Shown here piece by piece: positions 47,951 to 57,045 of a stretch of 64,000 nt of DNA. Origin of the DNA: Nanobdellota archaeon. Lineage in GTDB: Archaea > Nanobdellota > Nanobdellia > Pacearchaeales > GW2011-AR1. The notes below the pieces were generated by a model. It had not been told where the DNA came from and ran no database searches. It saw nothing but the letters and a program-made list of their open reading frames with translations. Positions within the stretch are counted from its first letter, which is position 1; every line of letters begins with the position of its first letter. Location of the stretch: positions 160,001 to 224,000 of the forward strand of contig JBBSXC010000003.1 of NCBI GenBank assembly GCA_038045945.1, read 5' to 3'. The position numbers and the translations under genes were made by a program.

Positions 47951-48574
47951 ATGATTATGAAGTGTGGTTTCTGCAACCAGGACCTAGGGTTACCTAAAAT
48001 CAGAAAAAGATTTTGTAGTCCTCTCTGCCAAAGAAAACATTATGTAAGAAGGCCGGAGATAAGGGAAAAGTATAGACTAAGGATAAAAGAATACAGAAGA
48101 ACTCATCCCGAATGGAGAGAGAAACACCGAATCCTTCAAGCGACCTATAAAGAGAAAAGGCAAGCATATTGGAAAGAATATGGAAAAAGACCTGAGGTTA
48201 GAGCTAGGATAAGAGAAAAAGAAAGATGGAGACTAAAAAACGATCCACAATATGCCATTGCCGACCGTTTAAGGCGTTCATTACGCCACGCTTTAACCAA
48301 ATACTCAAAAACTGGGAAGACTATGAGATCAAAAAAGTATGGTCTTAAATTCGCCGAGATATTCGAAAAATTGAAACCTTTTCCTCAAAATCTTTCAGAT
48401 TATGATATTGACCATATAATCCCCTTAAGAATATTTGATTTAAACAATATAGAACAAGTAAAGAGAGCTTTCGCACCCAATAATCTTCAGTGGTTAACTA
48501 TGAGAGAAAATAGGAAGAAAAGTGGTAAATACCCATTTGACAAGCTTAAACAAGTTGTTAAGGAAAATTTATAA
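47951..48574 (+). CDS. free-standing HNH endonuclease with N-terminal Zn finger
   Basis: CGFC..FCS..C, basic helix, IDHIIPL..FDL..NLQ.L...EN..K. Confidence 0.85.
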   Translation: MIMKCGFCNQDLGLPKIRKRFCSPLCQRKHYVRRPEIREKYRLRIKEYRRTHPEWREKHRILQATYKEKRQAYWKEYGKRPEVRARIREKERWRLKNDPQYAIADRLRRSLRHALTKYSKTGKTMRSKKYGLKFAEIFEKLKPFPQNLSDYDIDHIIPLRIFDLNNIEQVKRAFAPNNLQWLTMRENRKKSGKYPFDKLKQVVKENL

Positions 48575-48612
48575 GCCACTTATAGATATAGTTGTATGGT
48601 GATTAAATAGAA

Positions 48613-49050
48613 ATGCATCAATGCGTCCACTGTAGTTTTATTTATCCCGATGCTAGTAGGGAGCTCTTAGAAGGATGTAGTAATAATAGTTGCGGAAGCA
48701 GATTCTTCTATTACATTAAGAAAATGCCTGAAAAGAAAGAGATGATAATACCCATGGAATTATCAGTCATGGATAAAAAGCAGGTAGAAAAAGACGTTAG
48801 GGAAATGATGGGAGCGCAAGAAGAGGATGTTCCAGTAATACTTGATTTAGAATCAATAAGAATAGCAGGACCTGGAAAATTCGAAATAGACGTAGTAAAC
48901 CTCCTAGACAAGAAAAGACCACTAATATACAAGCTAGACGAAGGAAAATACGTCATCGATTTAGCATCAACACTAAAAGTTAACCTAAACGAAATAAATA
49001 AAAAGATAAGAAAACCTAAGAGAATGAGAAAAGAGGAGAAAAATGGTTAA
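48613..49050 (+). CDS. oapC: OapC Zn-ribbon protein (DUF2072 family)
   Basis: HQCVHC..GC..CG...F.Y, ESIRI..PGKFEID, EGKYVIDL. Confidence 0.85.
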   Translation: MHQCVHCSFIYPDASRELLEGCSNNSCGSRFFYYIKKMPEKKEMIIPMELSVMDKKQVEKDVREMMGAQEEDVPVILDLESIRIAGPGKFEIDVVNLLDKKRPLIYKLDEGKYVIDLASTLKVNLNEINKKIRKPKRMRKEEKNG

Positions 49051-50497
49051 AAACAAGAAGAATAAAAGAAAGGTTAATAAAAAAGCAGTAAGGTTAGTGA
49101 AAAAGCAAAATAAGAAGAAAATAAGAAAAACTACAAAAAAAAGTCATAAGGCTAAAGTTGTTATAAAGAAAAAGGCAAAAAATCACAACACTAAAGTAAA
49201 AACCTTAAGAAAAAACATTAAGGTTGATGATAAAAAAATTGATTCTTTACTACAACAGGTAATAAATGAGATAAAACCTTCTAATGATTACTACCAAGCT
49301 ATAAAGATTCGAACTGATGAAGTAATAAGTAAGATTAGTAAGGCAATAAAGAGCAAGGATATTGATGCCTCAATCTTTGTTGGTGGAAGCCTAGCGAAAG
49401 GAACACTACTAAAGAAAGATGTTAATGACGTTGACTTATTCATAAGGTTTGAGGACGAAAAAATAGAAAAATTTGCAGAAATAATGAAGGAAACAAAAGA
49501 AGACTACAGAATGATTCATGGTTCCAGAGACTATGCACAAATACGCAAAGACAACATAATTTTTGAGATAATACCAGTTATGAAAATTAATAATCCTAAA
49601 GAAGCTAACAACGTAACAGACTTAACATACTTCCACGTTGATTACGTCCTAGAAAAAATAAGTAAGAATCCAGAATTAATCAACCAAATAGTATTAACTA
49701 AAACTTTCGCTCACGCGAGCGGTGCTTACGGCGCTGAAAGCTACATTAAAGGATTCTCAGGATACGCTATAGAATTATTAATGATTCATTACGGAAGCTT
49801 GAAAAACTTTGCTGTTGCAGTAGCTAACAGTAATGAAAAACAAAAAATTATTATCGACACACAAAAACATTACAAAGGAAAAAGAGTCATTCACGAAGTT
49901 AACGGTTCTAAACTAAAATCGCCAATAGTGCTCATTGACCCAACATTCAAAGAAAGAAACGCATTAGCAGCACTAAGTGAAGAAACATACAAAAAATTCA
50001 AGGAGTACTGCATAGAATTCCTAAAAAACCCTAGCGAAGAATCATTCAAAGAAAAAATTATTGATAGAAAAAAGCTTTTTGACCAAGCAATGAATAACGG
50101 ACGAGACTTCGCAATAATCGAAATAACAACAAACAAACAAGAAGGAGACGTTGCCGGAACAAAACTACTAAAATTCTCAAAAATGTTCGCAAGCGAAATG
50201 AAAAGATACTACGAAAACCCAGAAATAACCTTTTATTATGATGAAAAACAAAGAGGAATAATGTTCTTCACAGGGAAAAAAATCAAAGAAGCAATAATTA
50301 AGGGACCACCAATAAACATGCCTGAAGCAGTTAAAGCATTCATGAAAAAGTATCAAGCAACTATAAATGACGGGAAAAACCTTTGCGCAGCAGTATCACT
50401 AAACTTAGACTTCTCAGAAGCACTAAAAAGGTTTATAGTAATGCATACTAAAACCATGAAAGAGATGGGTATAACAAGCATTAAAGAAATAAACTAA
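49043..50497 (+). CDS. cca: class I CCA-adding enzyme with Lys-rich N-terminal extension
   Basis: GGSLAKGT...DVDLF, D.T.FH, YGAE...GFSGY..ELL, IDP...RN..AALS. Confidence 0.93.
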   Translation: MVKNKKNKRKVNKKAVRLVKKQNKKKIRKTTKKSHKAKVVIKKKAKNHNTKVKTLRKNIKVDDKKIDSLLQQVINEIKPSNDYYQAIKIRTDEVISKISKAIKSKDIDASIFVGGSLAKGTLLKKDVNDVDLFIRFEDEKIEKFAEIMKETKEDYRMIHGSRDYAQIRKDNIIFEIIPVMKINNPKEANNVTDLTYFHVDYVLEKISKNPELINQIVLTKTFAHASGAYGAESYIKGFSGYAIELLMIHYGSLKNFAVAVANSNEKQKIIIDTQKHYKGKRVIHEVNGSKLKSPIVLIDPTFKERNALAALSEETYKKFKEYCIEFLKNPSEESFKEKIIDRKKLFDQAMNNGRDFAIIEITTNKQEGDVAGTKLLKFSKMFASEMKRYYENPEITFYYDEKQRGIMFFTGKKIKEAIIKGPPINMPEAVKAFMKKYQATINDGKNLCAAVSLNLDFSEALKRFIVMHTKTMKEMGITSIKEIN

Positions 50498-50502
50498 AAA
50501 AA

Positions 50503-50607
50503 TTATTGCTCCAAAGAGTCATTATCTAAGAACCTTTTAGCTTTCTTCTTACTCTTCTTCTTAAAATTCTTGTACTCATCTAAAGGCTTTTTTGATGGCT
50601 TAATCAT
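50503..50607 (-). CDS. 34-aa basic peptide (not in ORF track)
   Basis: MIKPSKKPLDEYKNFKKKSKKKAKRFLDNDSLEQ; ATGA overlap with the upstream small ORF. Confidence 0.45.
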   Translation of the reverse strand: MIKPSKKPLDEYKNFKKKSKKKAKRFLDNDSLEQ

Positions 50608-50783
50608 CTTTTCAATAAAGACTTATTCTTTATATTCTTTCTCATTTTAGGACTATTTTTTAAGTGCTTAAAAAACTCTACTTGTTTCAGACGCTTGCGA
50701 GCCTCTTCTTTTGTCCCATAAGTCCCCATTTTCCTACCACTTTGCGCAACAACAGTATACTTATTACCTGCTTTTTTAATCAT
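50604..50783 (-). CDS. 59-aa basic small protein (not in ORF track)
   Basis: MIKKAGNKYTVVAQSGRKMGTYGTKEEARKRLKQVEFFKHLKNSPKMRKNIKNKSLLKR; TTAAAA box about 25 nt upstream. Confidence 0.7.
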   Translation of the reverse strand: MIKKAGNKYTVVAQSGRKMGTYGTKEEARKRLKQVEFFKHLKNSPKMRKNIKNKSLLKR

Positions 50784-50837
50784 AAATAAGAATAATTTTT
50801 ACAATATTTTAATGATTGTAGTAAATAATAAGACTAA

Positions 50838-51152
50838 TTAATCGCTATCAGTTATTCTCTCTAAATCGTAACCAAACTTTTTCTTAACATACTTAGGAAT
50901 TAAGTCAATAACACTCTCATACTTACCAACAATTACTACTTCTGGTAATGTGTCATCAGAACCAATAGTCATGAATGCATGCCTTCTAGAAGGACCTAAA
51001 GCATAAGACCCATCATCACAGATCATTCCAGGAACATTTAAAGCATGATTATAAAACTTCATTGATAAAGCATTAATTCCACCATCACCAATAACACTAT
51101 ACCTAACAACTAAAGAAGTATCAGCTTCACGAGGACAGTTAGAATCAGTCAT
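50838..51152 (-). CDS. hypothetical protein
   Basis: GGAGG SD motif upstream; follows the trmB-family gene. Confidence 0.6.
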   Translation of the reverse strand: MTDSNCPREADTSLVVRYSVIGDGGINALSMKFYNHALNVPGMICDDGSYALGPSRRHAFMTIGSDDTLPEVVIVGKYESVIDLIPKYVKKKFGYDLERITDSD

Positions 51153-51162
51153 TATTCCTCCT

Positions 51163-51957
51163 TTAAGCTCTTCTTTGGCTAGGACCTGTTGCTACATCAA
51201 AAAGAGTTGCTAGGCTGTTAGCGAAGAATTCGCTATTAATCCAAATACCCACTTCTTGGTCTTCGTGTTCAGAATTAGTAACCATCATTAAAGCTTGGTT
51301 TCTATCAACAATTATGAATTTTGCGTCTACTGGAACCTTAAAAGTTTTAATTTTTAGCTTAGCAGCAACATCTCTAAGCTCTAAGTCATTACCACTTAAT
51401 CCTAACTTGATAACAACACCAGATTTCTTAAGTCTTGCGAAAACTTGATCGAAAACTTTGTATCTTCTTAAAATTTCCATAGCATCAATGCAAAAAATAA
51501 CCTCTTTAGAAGCATTCTCAACAATTTCTTTAAGGTAATTGTAAATGTTGCTTTTTCCCTTAATAGCGCTTGATAAATCGCCATGCTTTACTGGTTCTAT
51601 ACCAGAATTGTGTAATTGTTCAAGAGCAGTAAATTCTTCAGTTCCTCTTAAACCAACTAAAACTTTAACTTTTTCATCAGCTTCTCTTCTAGCGTTGTTC
51701 TTAAGCTTCTCAATAACCATTCCAGGCTTAATAGCCATATACTTTACAGGCTTACCAAGCTTAGTTATAGCAAAACCATTCTTTTCAAGTGATTCTAAAA
51801 CGTCATAAGTTCTACTTCTAGGAACGCCAGAAACTTCGGATATTTCACCAACAGAAGAAACACCACGAGTTAGCAAAGCTAACCACACTTTAGTCTCATA
51901 AATATTAAGAGAAAAATAAGACTTAATCTTCTTAACAAGTTCAGGTTTAACCATCAT
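51163..51957 (-). CDS. TrmB family transcriptional regulator
   Basis: LN.YE.KV..ALL, S.VPRSR.YDVL.SLE..G, GKP.KY. Confidence 0.92.
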   Translation of the reverse strand: MMVKPELVKKIKSYFSLNIYETKVWLALLTRGVSSVGEISEVSGVPRSRTYDVLESLEKNGFAITKLGKPVKYMAIKPGMVIEKLKNNARREADEKVKVLVGLRGTEEFTALEQLHNSGIEPVKHGDLSSAIKGKSNIYNYLKEIVENASKEVIFCIDAMEILRRYKVFDQVFARLKKSGVVIKLGLSGNDLELRDVAAKLKIKTFKVPVDAKFIIVDRNQALMMVTNSEHEDQEVGIWINSEFFANSLATLFDVATGPSQRRA

Positions 51958-51959
51958 AT

Positions 51960-52223
51960 TTAATTTTTCCTATAAGTTAATTTAATCTGAGATAAAACAG
52001 AATTACCATCAGCAGCTAATAGTTCAGGCATTATTGTGCGAACATCATGAATAGCCCTGTCATATAGCTCTCTGTTTCTAGCAAGATCTGAAGAAACATA
52101 AGCTAAGTAGAATAATCCACCCTTAGGACCATTTTGAGTAGCAGGAATTCTAGTAATTACCTCATCGTCACTACATCTAACTTCTTTATCAGAAGTTACT
52201 CTAATTTCTAATTTATCAGTCAT
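51960..52223 (-). CDS. hypothetical protein
   Basis: 87-aa ORF, TTTATAAA box upstream. Confidence 0.55.
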   Translation of the reverse strand: MTDKLEIRVTSDKEVRCSDDEVITRIPATQNGPKGGLFYLAYVSSDLARNRELYDRAIHDVRTIMPELLAADGNSVLSQIKLTYRKN

Positions 52224-52330
52224 ATTATAACCACCAATTAATAGTGCTTTATAAATGTTTCCATAATGTTGTATCTTAAAAGTAGTTAAAAAATGACAAG
52301 ATTTATTAACTTATACCGAGTAATAAAAAT

Positions 52331-52753
52331 ATGAGAAAATTGTTTAAGAATATAAAAAAATCTTTTTTAGAATATTTTCTTAGCCTAAGTGCAGGTGAAT
52401 TTTATAAAAATCAGATGACTATTCGCGGAGAATTTGATAGTAACTATCGTAAAAAATTTAGTTCATTAGGAGACCTGAGAGGTCTTATAAGCATAGGTGA
52501 CAACTATGTACCAAATATGCTAACACCATTATCAGCGATTATTTCAGGAACGTCAATAATACAAAATGATACAGAGGGCATTACTAATGGAATAATGATA
52601 CTTTTTACATCAGAATTAATAAGAAACGGTTTCAGCCTTTATGAAAGAAGGTTCATACGTCCAGGGACAGAGAAAACAACTGAAGAAATGGTTAGAAAAT
52701 TCAAGGAAGAAGAAAGATTAGCAAAAAATTATGGGGATATAAGAAATGGGTAA
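52331..52753 (+). CDS. hypothetical membrane protein
   Basis: Hydrophobic central part; start uncertain. Confidence 0.55.
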   Translation: MRKLFKNIKKSFLEYFLSLSAGEFYKNQMTIRGEFDSNYRKKFSSLGDLRGLISIGDNYVPNMLTPLSAIISGTSIIQNDTEGITNGIMILFTSELIRNGFSLYERRFIRPGTEKTTEEMVRKFKEEERLAKNYGDIRNG

Positions 52754-53246
52754 GATAGTAGGTTTTATATTAGTGTTCTTATTAGGATTCTTAGTAGCAA
52801 CAACTATTAATCACGTCTTTAGTTTAGAGAAGCCATTCTCATTATCAGCTCTTACAACTTTCTCTAGCGGGATAACTGGTAACGCTATTGCTCCAGAAAG
52901 AATACTTAGCGCTGGAGACATAGAAGTTTACCCTAACAAAATAGTTATTAATGTTGCTAACTCCTCACTCTCTCGTTACGCAGCTACCGGTAGCATGATC
53001 CCTACACTTAACGAGAACTCTAAAGGAATTAAAATACCAGTGACTTCCAAAAACCAACTCCACATTGGAGACATTGTAACTTACCAAGACGCTAATAGTA
53101 ATGACCTAATTATTCACAGAATTATTGGTATCAGCTTTGACGAAAAAGGAGACTTCTACATAATAAAAGGAGATAACAACATAGTAAGTGACGGTAAAAT
53201 ACGCTTTGAACAAATAAAATACAAACTAGTAGTTTTAGTATACTAA
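52746..53246 (+). CDS. S26 signal peptidase I-like protein
   Basis: TGSMIPTL, GDIV, IIHRI, KGDNN. Confidence 0.88.
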   Translation: MGKIVGFILVFLLGFLVATTINHVFSLEKPFSLSALTTFSSGITGNAIAPERILSAGDIEVYPNKIVINVANSSLSRYAATGSMIPTLNENSKGIKIPVTSKNQLHIGDIVTYQDANSNDLIIHRIIGISFDEKGDFYIIKGDNNIVSDGKIRFEQIKYKLVVLVY

Positions 53247-53247
53247 A

Positions 53248-53628
53248 ATGGCTTTAGATATTATAGCCGCTGGTGAAGTACTATCCCAAAAAGGGTTAGT
53301 AGAAAGGTATGAAGATGGTTTTAGACAGATTGACAGCAGATGTTACGAAATTGCTTGCGAACTTAGTGAAATTCTAGGCTACAATTTTCCGCCTATTGAA
53401 GTAACTTTATCAATAGTCTTTAAAGAAAGAATTGCAAGATTAGGAATGAGGGATTCACCTTTAGAATCAATGCCAAAATCTGAAGGGAGATTAGTTGTAA
53501 GAGGAAAGACCGATTCAGTCACGGATCATGTTACCTTAAAAGTTAATGAATTAGAATATAACTACGGCGTTGGAGACGCAGAAGGTTATATAGTAGAAAT
53601 GGAGATACCTTTAACAAAGAAAAAATAA
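53248..53628 (+). CDS. hypothetical protein
   Basis: 126-aa ORF, tightly packed. Confidence 0.6.
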   Translation: MALDIIAAGEVLSQKGLVERYEDGFRQIDSRCYEIACELSEILGYNFPPIEVTLSIVFKERIARLGMRDSPLESMPKSEGRLVVRGKTDSVTDHVTLKVNELEYNYGVGDAEGYIVEMEIPLTKKK

Positions 53629-53630
53629 AA

Positions 53631-54116
53631 ATGACTAACAAATACTTTTCTTTTGCTAAGAATTCTGTTATAACAATTGCTGCAAGTGTAGCAGCTGGCG
53701 CAGGGGCTTCAGAATTAGCAAGTTGCTTTACGGATGATCCATCAAAAATTTCTATAGCAGCAACAGCATCACAATACGTTACGGGATGGGCAACATTCTT
53801 ACCATTACAAGCATGGGACAGTAGAGAACAGTACAGAACAACCAAAGGAAAATTCGACAAAAAAAGATTCTTATTAGACAATTTAAAATTTGGTATTGCC
53901 CTAACAGGACTAGACGTAGCGTATATTATTGGAAGACCTTTCTTACAAAACAATTTTTTAAATAACAGACTGAACGCTGCCGAGTCTTCTTTAAGAACAG
54001 ATTACATCCTCGTACCAGCCTATACGATCGCCGCGATAGCAGCAGCAAAAATTACTGGAATACTAAAAACAAAAAGGGAAAATGAATCAATATTAGAAGA
54101 AGAGGTAAAAAAATGA
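53631..54116 (+). CDS. hypothetical membrane protein
   Basis: Several Ala-rich hydrophobic helices. Confidence 0.65.
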   Translation: MTNKYFSFAKNSVITIAASVAAGAGASELASCFTDDPSKISIAATASQYVTGWATFLPLQAWDSREQYRTTKGKFDKKRFLLDNLKFGIALTGLDVAYIIGRPFLQNNFLNNRLNAAESSLRTDYILVPAYTIAAIAAAKITGILKTKRENESILEEEVKK

Positions 54117-54685
54117 CTAATCATACACCAAAACCCCACCACGTAACTATTGCTAGAGATAGAGAATATAGAACAGCAGTAGTAGTTGGCAAAATAAACG
54201 GCGATTTAAAAGAGCCGCAAAGTTATTTTTTAAGAGAAGGAATGGAAGTAGCACATAATGAATCATCAAAAAAGGTTTTTGGAAGGAAGGTTCATCATCA
54301 TAACCTTGAAGCAATATCCCTTGATCCAATAATGGTAATAAACTTATCATTCACTGAAGAATTAAGAGTTGCTTGTTTATTAATGAGCACTATGAGTAGA
54401 AATACAACAGTTGAAGACCTCTTAGGACTAGCGGATGATTTATCCATAGTGCCAGAAACCCGCACAAATACATACTATAACCCAAAACATGGAAAAATGT
54501 TAACAGATCATGCAATGAGTTTAAGTTTTGATTATGACAAAATTTTAGAAGTCTCAAAAATGATGAATATCCCTTTAGAAATAGTTTTTGGGGCAGTAAG
54601 TTATAACAATTTCATTAAATCAAACGGAAGAGAAGAACAAAGCTACGTTGAAGTATTTAAAAAATTCGGGATTGAGTTTAGATAA
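54113..54685 (+). CDS. hypothetical protein, paralog of the next gene
   Basis: Shares HHV.IA, EA.S..PIM, PLE..FG...Y, KFGI with 54690-55223. Confidence 0.7.
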   Translation: MTNHTPKPHHVTIARDREYRTAVVVGKINGDLKEPQSYFLREGMEVAHNESSKKVFGRKVHHHNLEAISLDPIMVINLSFTEELRVACLLMSTMSRNTTVEDLLGLADDLSIVPETRTNTYYNPKHGKMLTDHAMSLSFDYDKILEVSKMMNIPLEIVFGAVSYNNFIKSNGREEQSYVEVFKKFGIEFR

Positions 54686-54689
54686 CAAA

Positions 54690-55223
54690 ATGGTTAATAA
54701 AGAACATCACGTGCACATAGCAAAACATGAACAGTTAGTTTTTGTTGGAATAGAAGGAAAATTGGATGAATCATTAGAAAAAACTCAAGAGGCATTAAAA
54801 AGTAAAGGCATGGAATCAGAAATATACCAAGACCCGCAAAGGGGCAGAGGCATAGAAGCAGTATCTTTTAACCCAATAATGAGTGTTGGGATATTGCAAG
54901 CTGGTAGAAGAAATAATCATGCTTTAGTAATCAAGGCAATTAATAGGCCTGGACTCAGTACAGAAACTTTACAATTAGCAAGGGATATAAGAATAACCCC
55001 TTCTAGTGGTTACTCAAGGAACTTCTACGCAAAACTGGAACAATTTAGCGACCAACTAGCTCTCGAGTACGAACTTATCAGTTTTATAGCGATTAAAGCA
55101 GGCGTCCCTTTAGAAAAAGCTTTTGGAACAATAACATATGGCGGATTACTAGAAAGGTGCAGAGGATATACCTCTCACGAAGCTTTTGCTGAGTCTCTTA
55201 GAAAGTTTGGAATAAAAAATTAA
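54690..55223 (+). CDS. hypothetical protein, paralog of the previous gene
   Basis: Start set at ATG 54690 from the paralog alignment. Confidence 0.7.
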   Translation: MVNKEHHVHIAKHEQLVFVGIEGKLDESLEKTQEALKSKGMESEIYQDPQRGRGIEAVSFNPIMSVGILQAGRRNNHALVIKAINRPGLSTETLQLARDIRITPSSGYSRNFYAKLEQFSDQLALEYELISFIAIKAGVPLEKAFGTITYGGLLERCRGYTSHEAFAESLRKFGIKN

Positions 55224-56189
55224 CTAACGTATTAAGTACGCTGCTATTAGCCCTAAAAATATTCCAGCGCTTATGAAAGGCATTGCTGGATAAAACTTAC
55301 CTTTCTCGGAGTAATATAATAATAATGATAATGCTATAGTTGCACCAATAGTTACCATTAATGCAGGTAGTAAACCCCAAAGTGTTAATACAACACCAGC
55401 AGCAATAATTGGGAAAACTACGTCTCCCCCACCAAGAATTGCTAAGTGAACTTTAATACCTTTAATTTTTTGTTCTTTACCCTTAACGCTCAATTTTTGC
55501 GATTTAATCTTTTCAAGTTTTACTTTATCATCCTTTTTTAAGTATGGTACGAAGAATCCTGCGAAGAATTTTAGTTCATTAATTTGGTACTTAGCCATTT
55601 TTTGCATGAATCCTGAATGCCAAACAGCATACATATCATAAGCTGAAATTATTACTAATAATGCGGCAACAGTCCAAATGTTAAGTATTGGAATAAAAGC
55701 GACGGATATTCCAGGATAAATTAATAATTCTGACAAGTTGTGAGTTATCATCTCTCTCTTAAAAACTTTAAGGTAAGAGATAGGCAAGGCGAGAACAAAA
55801 GCTAATAATTCTGAGATTGTAGGATGAAAAAGAGGGATGTTTAAAACTTTTATTCCAAAAACAGGATTAATATTAACTATTATTATATTAAATACTAAAC
55901 CAATAGCTAAACAAACAACTAAGAAGAACCATGATCGTAAAAAGATAGCTGCTTTAAACTTCATTAAAAGAAAAATTATACTAACAGCTAAAATAAAAGA
56001 AAAAATTATGCTGCCCAAAGCCGGAGCGGCGTCTATTGGAGGAGGAGCCATACCATAAGGAACAGTGTTAGCTGTAAGGTTTCCAACAAGTATTGGAGTA
56101 TTATAAGAATGAACAACGAATAAGCCGATAATTTGAGCTACTAAGAACATTCCAACAAGAATTAATGTGACTTTCCAATGATGCTTCAT
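55224..56189 (-). CDS. presenilin/SPP-family intramembrane aspartyl protease (PSH)
   Basis: YD, LGGGD (GxGD) and PAMP motifs, multiple TMs. Confidence 0.9.
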   Translation of the reverse strand: MKHHWKVTLILVGMFLVAQIIGLFVVHSYNTPILVGNLTANTVPYGMAPPPIDAAPALGSIIFSFILAVSIIFLLMKFKAAIFLRSWFFLVVCLAIGLVFNIIIVNINPVFGIKVLNIPLFHPTISELLAFVLALPISYLKVFKREMITHNLSELLIYPGISVAFIPILNIWTVAALLVIISAYDMYAVWHSGFMQKMAKYQINELKFFAGFFVPYLKKDDKVKLEKIKSQKLSVKGKEQKIKGIKVHLAILGGGDVVFPIIAAGVVLTLWGLLPALMVTIGATIALSLLLYYSEKGKFYPAMPFISAGIFLGLIAAYLIR

Positions 56190-56247
56190 AAATTATTATT
56201 TTACCTCTTTGAATTAGATTATTATAATAAAACACACTTAATAAATG

Positions 56248-56997
56248 TTAAGAAACAAAAGAATCAGTACTAGTTTTTAGGAATCTATCAGTTTCGACTA
56301 ATTTTACTCTTCTAAACAAATCAACAAGTTCTTCCAATCTAGAATCATAAGAAAAGGCATTTCTCAGACCACTAGAGTTCAAATCATAAAATTCCATCTC
56401 GCAACCACGCTTTTTAACACCAATAATAACTACATTAGAATTTGAAAAGTCAACACCTAAATCAACAACATCACCTTTAGAGCTTATGCCCAATGGAACA
56501 TAACCCCCGCCTTGACATAATAAAAGATCCGTAGAATAACCAACACGACAAGTTTGATTGAAAATTCTTTTAACTCCATACCCAGAATCTGCTAATGGAA
56601 TAACTCTTTTAAAGCTTGGATCAACAACTAAGGGGTTAGAAGAAGTAACTGAATCAATTATACTTCTGTGTTCACTAAAATGGTTAGGACCCATCAAGTT
56701 ATGATTGCTAACTAATAAAAAACAATGAGTATCATTATCACCAGGGAAGAATTCTGGTTCTGTACCTGTAGTTCTAATAACATGTAGGTTTGGATAAGTT
56801 CTTCTTATCTCTTTATAAGCAGCATTCATTAATTCTCCACAAGAACCTACAGTGCTAGTATGACCGCGATTATAAAATGGGTAGAACTTAACCTGACCAG
56901 TTTGCCGGTTAGAAGTCGCTTTTATCCCATTATGCAATATGTTGAACTGTCCGTATTCGTAAGAAGCTACCAAGTCGGTTAATTCTTTAGTATTCAT
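56248..56997 (-). CDS. hypothetical protein with putative Cys-His-Asp triad (transglutaminase/papain-like)
   Basis: GSCGEL, THCFLLV, VVDPSF in the canonical order. Confidence 0.6.
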   Translation of the reverse strand: MNTKELTDLVASYEYGQFNILHNGIKATSNRQTGQVKFYPFYNRGHTSTVGSCGELMNAAYKEIRRTYPNLHVIRTTGTEPEFFPGDNDTHCFLLVSNHNLMGPNHFSEHRSIIDSVTSSNPLVVDPSFKRVIPLADSGYGVKRIFNQTCRVGYSTDLLLCQGGGYVPLGISSKGDVVDLGVDFSNSNVVIIGVKKRGCEMEFYDLNSSGLRNAFSYDSRLEELVDLFRRVKLVETDRFLKTSTDSFVS

Positions 56998-57045
56998 AAA
57001 AAAAGGATAAAAGTAGGCTTATAAGGCTTTTAGATGATGTATCAC

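Noticed and set aside
44815-49050. Replication origin next to oapABC
   Set aside because: No cdc6/orc1, no ORB-like repeats, no large intergenic gap and no visible skew switch.
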